Origin: Entomortierella parvispora E1425
Taxonomy: Eukaryota; Fungi; Mortierellomycota
Assembly: GCA_020891255.1 (NCBI GenBank)
Contig: BQFW01000011.1
Coordinates: 1,364,001-1,428,000, forward strand
DNA: 64,000 nucleotides
Reading direction: 5' to 3'
The notes under the pieces are model-generated. The model ran no database searches and was not told the DNA's origin. It saw only the letters and a program-made list of their open reading frames with translations. The position numbers were made by a program, and so were the translations under genes. Shown here piece after piece: positions 1-13,418 of the stretch. Position 1 is the first letter of the stretch, and every line of letters starts with the position of its first letter.

Positions 1-3000
1 CGCCGGGGCTGCTGCAGGTCCCTATGGATATGGTGGCTATGGTGGCTACGGCCCGTACGATGGAATCCCAGGTCGGGGACCCCTCATTGCAGGGGCAGGA
101 GAACTAGGCTATGGTCGACACTTGGTATCTGCAGCACATATTGCGCGATCAGACTCTGAGGTCAGACTGCATCGTGACCATTCTACGGAAGATGACATAG
201 CTTTGGCATCGGCAGCCTTTATCAACGACCGCCGACTGGGACGAGATAGACTACGAGAAGAACTCGGAGATCAAGCCTTGCTAAAGCGGAATCCACAACT
301 GTACCAGGAATCTGAGGCGGGCGAGGAATCATTCGATGAGAATCCTCATCGAGGTATTACACCATCAGGAGGCGACATTCTTGAAGAAATAGACGTTTCC
401 CATCAAAGTCGACATGCTGTCATGAATAGAGATGAGGACGAGGAGTTTACAAGCAATCGGCATGAGGCCTTCCCATCTGATTCTGCCAACACTGAAATTT
501 CGTACCACGAGGTGCAGCTTGAAGAGGGTCCTGCTGTCATGCAAGAGTTGGCGATCGAAACCTATTTCGACACTACCAAATCTCAACTCAAAGTGCGGCA
601 GCAACAAGGGCAGCTTCTGACAGAGATGGCGTCTCAACTGAAAATACGTCAACAGCAACAACAGGAGAAAGAGCAGGAGCAATTTCCGCAACAGCAACGG
701 AAGTCATTGCATCCACCATCACTACCAGAATATCAGGAGGCACAAGCACAACACATCTTAGCTCCTACTCAACCTTTGGCTCGGTCTCCTAGTCCTGGAG
801 TATCGTCTCTTTCACAGCAATTGCAACTGCTGCAGCAATCTCCCCCAACTCTGAACATACCAAAGCCGCCATCAAATCCTCCACCAGTCCGTTTGCTAGC
901 GAATCGAGGAATACCTACGCCGTTGGTGAATGCAGCTCGAGGCGTCCCCATTGCTCTCATCGCCAAGAAGACATCCCCAACTTCAAATAGAGGAGGGCTT
1001 GATTCCTCGAACAAGAATGTTATCACCGAGAACAACATCGTGGAAGGGATTCCAGGAGAGGAGGAAAATGGGTCTGAACCAATACTCTCGACATCAGCAT
1101 CAGCCTCTGAAAATATTATGATGCAGCTCAGGAATCGGAATTCTTTCAATATTCAAGAAGGATCAGCCAAGTTGACCACGCAGCCCACCATAGTTCCAAT
1201 AGATGCTGCTGGATCGGCTGTGTTACGAGCTAAGGCGTTGATCTCGGGTTCCATTCTCATGGGAGCATCAGCCTTGTCGCCAGGGAAGGGTATTGCCACG
1301 GGTACTGCACATGCAGGGTTAACGGAAGCGCGCTCAAATCAGTCTCTAAAGCATGCTTTCAAGGACCATGGAGCTAGAGCAACTGCTGCAGCTTTGGCGA
1401 GTAAGAGGCGACGAAGGGGTGAAAAAGTGGCTGCTATGAGTCGCTCACACCTGCATCCCATCATGTTGACGGAAGGAATAATGGCATGCTGGAACAACGA
1501 GTTTGCATATGCACTTGATGTCTTTAAGGAAAACGGGGCGACCTTTCCTCGTTGGAGTCTTGCAGCTGCTGAGGTAACAACACTGCAATAGTCATGACCA
1601 GCTGGTGGCCAAGAGATCCAATGTCAAAAAAAAAAAAAAAAAAAAAACTCAATTGGCCCTTTCTTCTTGTTTCATATTTAGGTCCACATCGTGCGGCAGC
1701 TTATTAGTGGGCAGCTCTCGGAGCCAGACTGTGAGCTCATGGAGTCGTTGCAGCATTCAGAACAAGTTGCCTCGCGCATCCTTGATAAGAAACAAGAGTT
1801 TGTAAGTGCAAGCAAATATCGATCTGAAGAACTTGAGATTTTTTAGCTGAATCATGGATCCACTGTATCCATCGTAGGAATCGAGTTATATGAGCTACCG
1901 GTCTCTTTGCAGCGCGGACGCGAGCTTGATCACGGTGAACGAGAACACATTGCGACAGAACTACAAGTGGGATTGCGAAATGTCATTTTACGACACATTG
2001 CTTTATCGTGGCATCCTTCAGCTGACAGCATCCTCGGACACCAAGGGAACGTTCTCTGATATCCGTGGGGGCCTTCAATTGCGTCGCGCCTGGAAAGGTT
2101 ACATGCGAATCAAACAGGAAGTCGAGTTGGCCAGGGATCGTTGGCAGAAACTCTCCGCCCTCTGCGCTCAAGCCCAGGCTCAAGCCCAAACGGATACCGA
2201 TTCGGACATGATCTCACCCGTGGCAGTGGATGACAACGAAAATCTACCGCCCGGGACCAAGGCCTTCACAGCACCGATTTCGATCCCACCAAGTCTCCTC
2301 AAGAGATCTGCGACATCAGTTGTGTCTTCTTCTCACCCAGTGGAGGGATCTCGATGGTCTATCTTTGGCCGACGTATGAGCACCCATCACTCGTCCACTG
2401 CCTTGTCAACGTCCCCTGCTGACGGTGCAGAGAACTTACAGAGCGGTGGTGGAGGTAGCAACAGCAACGGGCCCAGGACACGGTCAAAATTCTTGTCTTC
2501 CAGTCCCTCCTCGAAAAGTCTCGCTAGTGTCCTGAGGGAACAGACGAAAGCACAAGAAGAGATCAAGACAGCAGTCAAGGTGTTGGACGATGTGGAGGAT
2601 TATTTGCAGTATGGACTAGGCCTCTTTTACTTTATCGTCACGATTGTCCCAAAATCGCTGTTACCGGCATTGCGCACAATTGGATTACAGTCGAACCATG
2701 ATCAGGGGATTCAGCACCTGGAGGCGGTGTTTGCGCACAAAAACGGTCGAGGTAAGTCCCATCTTTTCTCTCTTCCTAGTATGCTGTCTTCGGTTATTAA
2801 TCCATTTTTCCTCGTTATATCGTAGCTCCTTTTTCGGCGCTGTTCTTGTTGATCAACTATTTGTTCTTGCCTCGAGGAGTAAACGACCCCAGTATCTCTC
2901 TTGGAAGAGCTGGCGACATCCTTCAAGATTGTCTAAGGACTTGCCCGTAAGTATTACAATGCTCCTGAACTGTGGACTGGAGGAACGTCTTACATATTCA

Positions 3001-5235
3001 AACAACTCACATCTGCAATTCTTGACCACAAGTAATGGATCGAGCTATCTGCTCATGGCATGCCATCATGCCCGCAAGACTGGCAATATGATTCCTGGTG
3101 CTCTGAACCACATCACGCGGGGCATTCAAACCTGCGAGGCTGCAGGAATCCCTTCGATCAACTACCGTTTCGAGCTTGGCCTGACCTTCTTCATCAATCA
3201 AGAGTTTGAGAAGGCTGCCGACATTTTTGAGATCCTTTGGAGGCGGTTCTTTGTTCCTATCACGGCAAGCACTTCAAATGCACAGGTCATCAACTCTGGT
3301 CCAGGAGGGCGAAGAAGACAAGGAAGTAGGAGCAACAGTATCAACCAGTCAACGACACAGGACGCATCAGTGGATGTGGATGAAGAAGAGGAAGATGACT
3401 TTGAATTGGCGCCGTTCTGCGGTTTGTGCCTGATTGCAAGCAAGGTGGTCATTCGATTAGGGCAGGAGGGCTATTTTGAATATGGACGAGAAGGATTCGG
3501 ACATCACCCAGAAAGGGCTGCCACTCCTGGGGGCCTCTTGGGACCTATTTCTGGATCCACAACCCCATCCGCCACCCCTCGAACTAGCTCAAGCTCTGAT
3601 TCAGATTTGCTTGTAGCCTCACAAGAAGTTCTGGCCATGATGGCGACTCCGGAGCAACTTAACGCAACAATTAAGACAACAGTAGGGGGTTCAATTTTTG
3701 AGCACGTCAAGACCAGCTCTACCCAGAGCACATCCACAGTCCAGGAATCAGAGTCGTCAACTGCTCAGGGAACGATGACAGGCAGTGGGTTTCTTTCCTC
3801 GTTCTCTCCACCGCCGCCTCCTAGTCAAGCTGGAAAGGTACCAATGCGTCATGACGACGAGGTGGTTGGGTGGTTTCAGTCAGTGATGGCCTACTACTAA
3901 TATTTGCTTCATTTGTGCTTTTCTCGTTTCAACACCAAAGCTCAATCGATTCAACAAGTTTGCATGGAACCAATGTCAGAAGAGTCTTCAGAATGGGCGT
4001 ATTTCACCCTTCCTCCCACTTGTCATTCTTTATCTGCGACGCGATCTTGCCTACATGAAACCAGCGCTTTTACGAAAGTTCAAAACTTTGCTCGAAACGA
4101 TTTGGAAGGTAAATTTTATTTTCGAGACCAGCGCCGCGCATGCTTGACAAGTGATGAGTCGATAGAGTCGCTTTCTCTAACCCCACTTCCCCAACTTTTA
4201 TAGTCGATTCAATCCACTGCGGATGGTGACTCCCAGGCGATCTATCTTCTCTTGAGCGCTGTGGTTCACCGTCAATTGCTCCCTGATGACGCAACTTTTG
4301 CCTACACGTCCTTGACAGACTGTTTGTTACTCGAGTCGGCCATCGTGTCTGAAATGTGGGTTATCCCCTACTGTCACTACGAGGTAAAAACATGGAGCAG
4401 TGTTTAACTGTGAATATGGAACGGTGTCAGCTATTGTCATTCTCAACGAAGTGACATCTTCATTAACAAGCCGACCTTGTCTTTGATTTAGCTCGGTGAG
4501 CTGTTATTCAAAAGACTGCATCTTCCGCAGGCAGCGCTGGAACAGTTTCAATGGGTTGTCAAGGGTCCAGGAAAAGAAGTCCGACCAACGAGCATTCTTT
4601 TCAGTAACACAAGCAGCAACACCAATTCTTCGCCGTCCATCGCCCATTTGAATTCGAACCCTCGACACTCTGTCTTTGGAGGTGGATATCCTTCGGACAC
4701 TGTCACGAATCTAGTCGAGAGTGCGGCTAGTCCCATGGCCGAGGCGACGTTCAATCGGCACAGCCAGGTCTTCAATGTACCTTCTGAAGGTCCCCTTTCA
4801 TCTTCATCATCCTCGTCCGTCTTAGCAGCTACAGCAGCATCCGTGACAGCACCACCCAGTCCAGCCAGCTTCTACAACTCGAGGTACAAGAAGTTTGAGT
4901 TCTCACAAGTGTTGCGCCATCGAAGTTCGATATGTATTGAACAAATCCAAAAGGCGATCGCGGAAGCAGCATTGGCTGCTAAAGATGCAAAGAGTGCTAG
5001 CAGCAGCACTGGGTCGACGACGAAGGGTTCTAGGCCCTCTAGGAGAGCCTCTGAACCAGTGTCAGCCTCGGCAGTGGCGGCGGCAGTGCAGGCAACGCCT
5101 TCCTATCAGGGTTGGAGCGCAACTAGCAGCACTTTGCCTAATATCCTGTCGGATGCACAGAGACGTCGCGGGAGTCAGCAGTGGGTGACGGGATCCCAAG
5201 TATCCCTCAAGGCGACCCTCTCAGGAAAGCCATAG
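1..5235 (+). CDS. TTC39/Iml2-family TPR protein with long low-complexity N-terminus (5' partial, multi-exon)
   Basis: Reading frame is open from the window edge. Spliced segments give GIMACWNNEFAYALDVF, YRGILQLT..GLQLRRAWKGY, YGLGLFYFIVTIVPKSLLPALRTIGLQSNHDQGIQHL, YRFELGLTFFINQEFEKAADIF, WVIPYCHYE/LGEL and KKFEFSQVLRHR, resembling TTC39/Iml2. GT..AG introns join the ORF pieces; stop at 5235. Confidence 0.8.
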
Positions 5236-5909
5236 CAAATAAAAGCAACAGTCTCCTTTTTGACTACATAATAATAACAATACAATAATCCATTGTGTCC
5301 AACGGCGGTACCCAGCATTAGCAACGTGCTGTGTAGAAGAGTCGAGAGGAAAGGACGGGGAGAAGAGAAGAAGAAAAAAGAAAAAGCAGAAAACAGACTC
5401 CGAGACAACGGCCATGAGCGCAAGACAGACCTGGATACTCTCTGGCCTGTGGTTCCTGCTGTTCCTGCTGTTGTCGTCAGTTTGTTGTCAATGGTCTCTG
5501 AACACACTCGCCCGTGTGGGCCGTGGGATTGCATGAGGGATCAGATCCAATGTGCCCTCCTCTTCTCTTTCATTCATTCGCTTCTTTCATTCCTCTCTCA
5601 TTGCATCCTCGCATTCGCCGTTCTCCCTGTGCCTGTGCCTGTGCCTGTGGTGCCTGAAAAAAAAAATATTTTGTGTTTCTTCTGCACATCACACACATCC
5701 TCTCCGCTTCAGAGCACTCTGCATCACATCATCCATCCATAAACAACGCGTCGACTCGCTCCAAGGCGCTCTGTCCCTCCCTTTCCTCTTGTCCCTTCTC
5801 GCACTCCTCCAACTCTTTCGCATTCTACCCTTTTAGCCTCTTCTTCACTCCCGACCCCCTCCCCCATCCTTGGCTTGAGGAAGCAAAAAAAAAAAAAAAT
5901 TGTTCAACA

Positions 5910-8781
5910 ATGAAGTTTGCTCCGACTGCCTGGATCCTCACCCTGTCGGCGGTCGTCGCCCTGGCCACCACAACCATAACTTGCGAAGCCCACGAGAAAT
6001 CACACCCTCCATCTTCAACCGTCGACAATATCCATTTCCAACGGGAGGCAAAGACGGATCATGCCAGATCTGCCACAGCTCAGAGAAAACGCAGCCTTGT
6101 AGGCCTTGGACCTCGTCGACTACCGGCAGAGAAGAGAGACGGCAATCTGTTGGGTTCCTTGGTGGGAGACTTGGTCCCTCAAAAGCCAGGTGCTGCTCCT
6201 GCTCCTGTTCCTGCCCCAGCTCCAGCTCCTGCTTCAGAGCCATCTGCCGCTCCAGCCCCAGCAACAGTACCTGCACCGGCCCCAGCCTCGGCTCCAGCTC
6301 CAGCTCCAGAATCACCACCCACATCACCTCCATCCAACGGTAAGAACTCCACCCGAAATATACCTCCCCCCCTCCACCGATACCTACCCCTCCTACCACA
6401 GCTTCTTTTCTTTTCTTTGTCGGTTACAGTCATTTACACCGTGCATGGGCGCACACGCACACATAGACACACGTATACACCCTTCACGCCTCATTTGTTT
6501 GAGAACAGGAAAGAAATAGAGGAAAAAGAAGAAACGACAAAATGTCTCGTTGAGCGAAGGAGCGTTTGTCTCCTAGCAGGCGAGCATTTTTTTTTCTACC
6601 CCTTGCTTTTTCTCCCTCTCTTCTTTGAAAGAGCGTTTATTTTGTCGCGTATTGTGTTGTTGGGTGGTCTGAGGACATGTTTATGTCATGTACGCCTGCT
6701 GCCCATTAGTGTTTGGCTCGAGCACCCTTTTCATTCTGCTCTCGTTCTGTTCTCGGGGCCCCGTGTTTGTTTGTTGGCTCCTTGGGTGACAGGACCACAG
6801 CTCAATGTATTTTTGAACTTGAGAGAACGAGAACCCCGTTCTTTCCTATCTCTATTCTTTTACTTTTTTTTTTATATTTGAGAGCCAACCGAGCCTCGAT
6901 CTCTGTTGTGGTTGTTTTTTTTTTTTTTTTTTTGTTTCTCTTCATCGTTTTTTGCTCTTGGATTCAGGATTGGAGCGATCAGGAACGGTTTTTGGGAAAC
7001 ATGACTGCGACAATTGCCTTTGAAATTCCAGGAAACATGGAAACCTTTGAACAGGATGATGCAAAGCTGACGGATCAGGATAGCAAAATGGATCCTCTCG
7101 GGACGATCAAGGACAATGGATAGACGCGATGGCAAAAACTGGATAGCTGGACAAAACGGCATGTACTCTCTATGGACAATGTAATGAGATGTAAGACCTA
7201 AAGACAGACGATGAAAAAAAAAAAAGGAAAAGAGAAGAAACAACAATATCAAAGACAAAAGGAAACGCGGGAGGAAAAGAGGAGAGAGCCCTGCATAAAA
7301 ATGAAGACTGGGAAAAAAAAAAGAAAACACGAACCCTTCGCGTGGCCAAAACTAATCGATCGCGTTTCTCTCTCATTCTTTAGGCGGCAGTCCTAGGATC
7401 GTTCATTTGGAGCCCAGGGGCGAAGGCGACGACGACAACGATGACAACGATGACAACGATGATGATAACGATGATAACGACTACAGGGGCAATGGAGGAC
7501 CAGAGCGTGGATCTGAGGACCAGGATCCAGATTCTGGAGAGGAATCTGAAGACCCTCAACCAGAAGAAGGAAATGACAACCATACTGACGAACCTTTGCC
7601 CTCTCCTTCTCCTACTGTTCCGGTACCACCTGTACCTTCGCCTGACCCACCTGTTGTTGAACCAGAACCCTCGCCTCCCCCAGCTTCATCCCCTCCACCA
7701 GAGGAGCCGGCGACCACTGCTGGAGTAGCAAAAGAAGAGCCTACGCCTGGACCCTCTTCGGACCCAGTGGTAACTACCGCCACTACTGACGACTCCTCTA
7801 ACCCTACACCTGGGCTCACCCTTCCTGTGACGGATGGTAATAATGACAACTCGGACACGACAACAACCTCCCACCACAGACCCACGACCACGAAATCAAC
7901 GGTCGGAGGCAAAGATGAAATCTTGCCTACCAGTGGAGGCAACAGTAATGGCAACACTTCGACTCATCAGACCATAGGCAGTGGCAACAACATGGCCGTA
8001 ACGATCGGTGTTGTGGTGATGGCCATTATCGTTGCTGGTGTCATTGGTATCTGGATCTTCCGCAAGTGGAAGCTCTCGGTAGGTTCAACTGTTTTTCTGG
8101 AAAAAAAAAAAAAAGATGTTGATTTATGAATGATCCACAAACTCATCTCACTTTTCTTTCTTCTTTTGGTGGTGATAGCCCTCGCGTCAGTTCAAGAGCA
8201 AGATTGCCTCAGGAGGCATCGTCGGTAGTGCAGGAGGTTCCGCTGCTGGAGGTACTTACCGATCCCACGAGACCCAAGAAGAGTATTCGAGCTTTGAGGG
8301 GATCTTCCGACCGCCTACTCATGAATCGGCCATGGATATGACTACAGCTTCCAAAGGAACTTCTGCTGTGGCGGCTACGGCCATGGGCGCCAACGCTTAC
8401 AAGCAACAACAACATTATGCAGCTCAGGACCATTACCAGCAGGAGAACTACCAGCAAGATCAATATTATGACCCCAATTACTACGGTTATGACCAGGATG
8501 CGGCGGGAGCAGAAGTCCTTGGCGATGCGACAGACTCGGCTTATTCTAATCACCAGCAGCACATGAGTCTTTCGAGTGACATGGGAGCTCTGGTCTCTAA
8601 TGCTCATGCTCCCGAGTACCACGCTTACCGATACCCAGATGAGAGCTATGATCAGCAGGATCCACGTTACTCTCAGCAGCCCCAACAGTCTCACGTACCG
8701 GCGACGGGACACAACATGCACAACTATGGATCTGAAGACTTCAGCCAGAACCACCACTTTTTGCGAGAGTTGCGCGAATAA
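5910..8781 (+). CDS. Secreted-type single-pass (type I) membrane protein: signal peptide, Pro/Ala- and Thr/Asp-rich ectodomain, TM helix, Tyr/Gln-rich cytoplasmic tail (Mid2/mucin-like)
   Basis: ATG 5910 MKFAPTAWILTLSAVVALA (signal peptide). Exons ~5910-6339, 7384-8078 and 8179-8781 join in frame. TM VTIGVVVMAIIVAGVIGIWIF is followed by RKWKLS|PSRQFKSKI. Confidence 0.75.
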
Positions 8782-9525
8782 GACTTCAGTTTTTTTCCCG
8801 CCTTCTCTTTGATGATCTCTACCTTATGATTCATTTTATCCTTTCCATTCTTTCATTCTAATAATCCCATCCTCGATTTCTTCAAACCTTCTCCCTTTGC
8901 CCTTCTTGTCTTCTTTCAACTTGCCCACGCCGATCTTAGTTTTGATAACAGGATTTGTGTGTTGCAACCATCTCTTCCGTCTCTTGCATTCGGTGCTTCT
9001 CCTACTTCTCCACCAATCCTCCAGCCCAAACACCTCCAAATTCATTTCATTGCATCTCACTCAACTATCATCTCGTTCATGAAATAAATCGACGGGCCCC
9101 CTCCAAGCTATCTTTTCCAAAAAAAAAAAAAAAAAAAACGAGCCCCGGAATGCCAATCGTGTTTGCGGCAGCTAGCTACGGTATCCGGCTCCTCGCTCTT
9201 TCCTTGATGTCTGTCCTAGAGTCCGAGGCATATTTTACCATAGCTACGATATATGACGAGGACCCTTTTTTTTTATTGAAGTATTGTACAATTGGAGCAA
9301 GGTGTTTATAAAAGTATATGAAGAGGTAGGTATGTGTTGCAAATTTCGTCCATTCTTTCTCTGCTTCCTTTTTTTTTTTTTTTTTTTTTTTTTTTTGGGT
9401 GTGTTTGTGTGTATATGAAGTGTGGGTGTTTTTGCTGTTTTCATTTGGAGGACGAACATGATGAAAAATCGCGAGGTAGGATATAGACAAAAACAAAGTC
9501 AAAAAAAAAAGAGAGGAGACAGTCT

Positions 9526-10063
9526 TCAGAACTCTTTGTCCTCATTGTCGTCTTCATCATGAGTTGTCGACACTGGAGAGGCCTCGGAGGGATCATCATG
9601 ACCACGGGAGGGGGACGACGAGCTCGAGACGGAGGTGTCGATGGATTGTATTGATCCCTTGCGCCTGCCTGCTCCTGATGCTGATAAAATGACAGCTTGA
9701 CCATCCTCGGCTTCGGACCCTGACGTAGCAGCAGCAGCAGCAGCCGCTGCCGCTGCGGTTTCTTCCAGGACGGCAACAGCCTGTTCGAAATCCTGGTCAC
9801 TGACCATGATATAATCGGAATTGAAAGTGCTGAGATAGAACAAGCCGATGCCCTTCTCACTCAAAGGTCGAGAAAAGGCAGAGACGATCCCACATTCGTC
9901 AAAACCCAAAGGTCCATCCCCAATCGCAATCAAGCGCCAGTCACCTGCCTGGGTGTTGAGGGTATTGTCGGGGAAAAGGCTCATCGTTGCTTCATCCATA
10001 ATGATGCTCAAGGTTGAGTCTGTTTGTGTAAACGAAAAGAACCGGTCCGTTCTGATGACAAAA

Positions 10064-10097
<34 letters not shown>

Positions 10098-12735
10098 AGA
10101 GAGAGAAAACGATCAAGGAAGCACGTTAGCAAAAGAAGGTAAGGTAACCAAAGATGACGGCATGTGAAAGAAAAAAACGAAAAAAGATCCAACTCCGAAT
10201 GAGGGTTCGCAACAAGCCATGAGTTTCTTACCGATTATCGAAAAAGATGGACTCCAGTAGCCGGATCGCATGCTGGTCCTTCAGACTATCCTCCATGCTT
10301 GTGATGTGCAGCCTGTGTGGGAAATTGACTCGGAACGGATGGCTCTTCCTGGCTGAGCTCTTGCGCTGATGGTTCAGGGACAAAGACGAAAGGAGGGCGG
10401 AAGGATCCAGGGTCGAAAGCAGGGACGAATCCAGGATGTTGCTCTGATGACCACTGGCAAGACCACTGCTTGGTCCACTAGTTGCCTCACTCCCGATCCC
10501 GCTATCCTCCCTGTCGCCGTCGTCATCTTCGCCATCTGAATCTCGCATTTCCTCTTTCATGTTGTGCCTCTCATGTTCCTCCTCGCCCTCCATGAGACTC
10601 TGTCTTCGGCGGATAGTGGCTGCAGACTCTAGTAACAATGCATCCTGGAGAGAGGTGATCTCGTTTGGACTCATCGGGAACGATTCCTCCCATGACTGCA
10701 GGTCCGTGGTCTCGAGTCCCGAATCCGTTAAAGGATCATTGCTGATGACAAACTTTTCCGAAAGACATTCCAGCGCCCGCGTGAGATCGCATTCCGGCAA
10801 AAGGGTAAAGTCTGCATCATAAGTCGATATTTGCCTGCATGAGAAAAAAAAAAAAAGGTCAATTTCATGGTAAATTAGTGCTATTGAGCAAAGAAGCGAA
10901 GCAATGGCGCTGGGACGATCGGTCTCTAGCCAATCTCTTCTTGACGCTCCCAGAATCATTTTCTCTCTGTTTTGCTCTCTTTTCTACACCATTTTTCCAA
11001 CCACCGAACAAGAGAAGGTGGAACAGCGTAATGACCATAATAATAATCGCTCTCAATCAATGACACTTCTCGGGGAAATGAGATCAATTTTAGGTTGCTC
11101 AAAAACCAAAAAATAAAAGGAAGAAATGATTTCATCGACTCTTCGTCGCGTCAAAGAGCCGTGCGGTGGTACAAAGTGCTATTGGGCAGGGCACAAACCC
11201 GAGCTGAGTGCCGTGCGTAGAGTTCAGAGCTTTTCAAGCACATACACATGTGTACGAGAGCGTGAGAGACACAACAACAAGATCAACAATGTGGAGGATT
11301 GTTGAGTTGAGGGGTGGTCTGACAAAGAAAAAAAGGTTGGGCAAAGTGGGGCATGCGAGACGAGGGCTCGAGGTTCGAGACAACAAAAGAGAAAATAATG
11401 CGAACACAAAATCCCATTTTCTGTCAAAAATACCAACAGGGCAAAAAAAAAACCAGGGCGCAGAAGAAACGAGTGCGACCATCTCACACACAACGATAGG
11501 TGTGTTTGTGTGCAACACTGTCTGTTTTTGCCTGCATCCCCATCACAAACCGCATCATGAACAACTCAAGGAAAAAAAAAAGAACGCAACACAGAGCAAC
11601 AGACAAACAGCCAAAAAAAAAAAAAAAAAACAGGAGGCGAACAGTAGGCTGGTCTCTCATCTCGCTCTGTGTGCAAGCACGACTGCAGTGAATAATCCCT
11701 CACGGAAAGGGTCAAGGTGGTGACCCCATCCTTGAAAATCACCTCAAGATGCGTGCTTGTTGTGTGTGGCACACTACACACTAGTCTTGTTGGGACTAAG
11801 GAGAGACAAGAATGCTCAATTGCACTGTACTTACATGATGGAGACATTGATGTCCGCCAATGCTTTGGATACATGCGAAATGGCCTCCACCGCGCCTAAT
11901 AGAGCCAAGGAAAAATGAGGGGAACCATAGGGTCAGCAAGGTCTGAGGGACGAACATCCCCTTAATCCCGTGGAGAGTTGTGTAAATGGTGACAATACAC
12001 AACATCCAATGTATTGTATGCAAGGTGCATGAAGAATGAGTACAAGCGGCGGCTCGTCGGGGGCAACCCAACTCAAAAGAGCAAGGTCCAACACTGTGGA
12101 TTGAGTGAAGTGGTGCCTCTTTGATCTACATCTTTTTTAGTCTGACGCCCCGCTAACAACGTGTTTTTTTGCATGTTTAAAAATAAAAGGGAAGAGGAAG
12201 GAGGTAGGCAGATCTTACCAAGACCCGACTCGCCAGGCTCAATCTCGACCGCACGCCAGATCACATTGCAAACATCAAGTGTGTCCTCGGGGAAACCGGC
12301 AATGTGGGACTCGTCCAGGATCAACGACACCTCTCGTTCTGTTTCTGTGTATGAGAACAGGTGCTGGGGTCTTTTTGATTTGTTTGGTGTTTGTCCGAAT
12401 AGTGAACGACCCGAGGTTGAGAAAATAGGAAGATAAGAAAGAGAAAAGAGACATCCGGATCGAGGTAGTAACCAAAAGGGAGACAAAGTTCGAGACGAAC
12501 AAAGAACATTGGCAGGACGAGGAAGAGAGGCAGTTGAGAGGGTTAGTTCCAAGGATACAAAGCCCAGAAGTGAGTCTGACGGGTTTGTGTCGATAGTGAC
12601 ACGGTCGGTCTCTGCAATATAATCTTACCCTGCGGGGAACAAAACGAGTTTCATAAGCTGGTGAGTGCATCGAGGAATGTCGCCTTTGGCGATGGACGCC
12701 AGCTTGAGGCGGAATGGAAGAATGTCGACAATCAT
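9526..12735 (-). CDS. CASTOR/GATSL-family ACT-domain protein (cytosolic arginine sensor-like)
   Basis: Exons ~12735-12629, 12370-12219, 11895-11835, ~10833-10232, 10051-9526. Peptides MIVDILPFRLKLASI, LFSYTETEREVSLILDE, WRAVEI, ALADINVSIMQISTYDADF, FFSFTQTDSTLSIIMD and WRLIAIGDGPLGFDECGIVSAFSRPL..FYLSTFNSDYIMV match CASTOR motifs. Confidence 0.85.
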
Positions 12736-13360
12736 TTTTTGTTCAGAGTAGGTTTGTGTGTCGAGAGGGGGGAAAGGCTGTTGTTGGAAGAGAGCTCCTG
12801 GCTCAACGTTTGTTGCTGTGGTGGCGGTGGGCGAGTGCGGTGGTTGGATGGACAATGAGGAAGGGTGGGATGCAAATGACGCGAAAGGGAGACAAAAAGG
12901 CGATGAAGCAGTCAGGGACCAGGAGAGGGAGCAAAGAAAGAGGGTGAGGCCGAGATATTAAAGCGTCGGAAAAAGAACCAGAAAGAGGCACGAAGGAAAG
13001 AGGGAGAAGGAGAGGAAGGGCAAAGTGGGAGGGGTTGTCTGAGAAGCTGATACCGACAGTGGAGATGACCCAAGGAGAGGGTTCACGATGACGATGAAAA
13101 GGGACAGAGGGAAGGCAAACGAAAGAAGGAAGGACGGGAGGGAGGGACCAAGGAAAGAACAAAGGCGAAGGAAAAAAAAAGAAAAATGTCGGTTGGGGAA
13201 CCGGAGAGAAATAAAAAAGAACAGGAAGGGAGCCACAGGTGCGCTGCAGGGGCGAAGGGGACGAGGAGAACGAGGGAGGGGGAAAGGGGCGAAGGAAGGA
13301 AGAAACACAGAAATGAGGAAACGAGGAAGCGAAGAAAACGAAGGAACCAGGGAAGGAAAG

Positions 13361-13418
13361 AAGGAAGGAAGGAAGGAAGGAAGGAAGGAAGGAAGGAAGG
13401 AAGGAAGGAAGGAAGGAA
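13361..13418. repeat. (GGAA)n microsatellite in the purine-rich region upstream of the CASTOR-like gene
   Basis: About 14 contiguous AAGG units visible. Confidence 0.95.
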
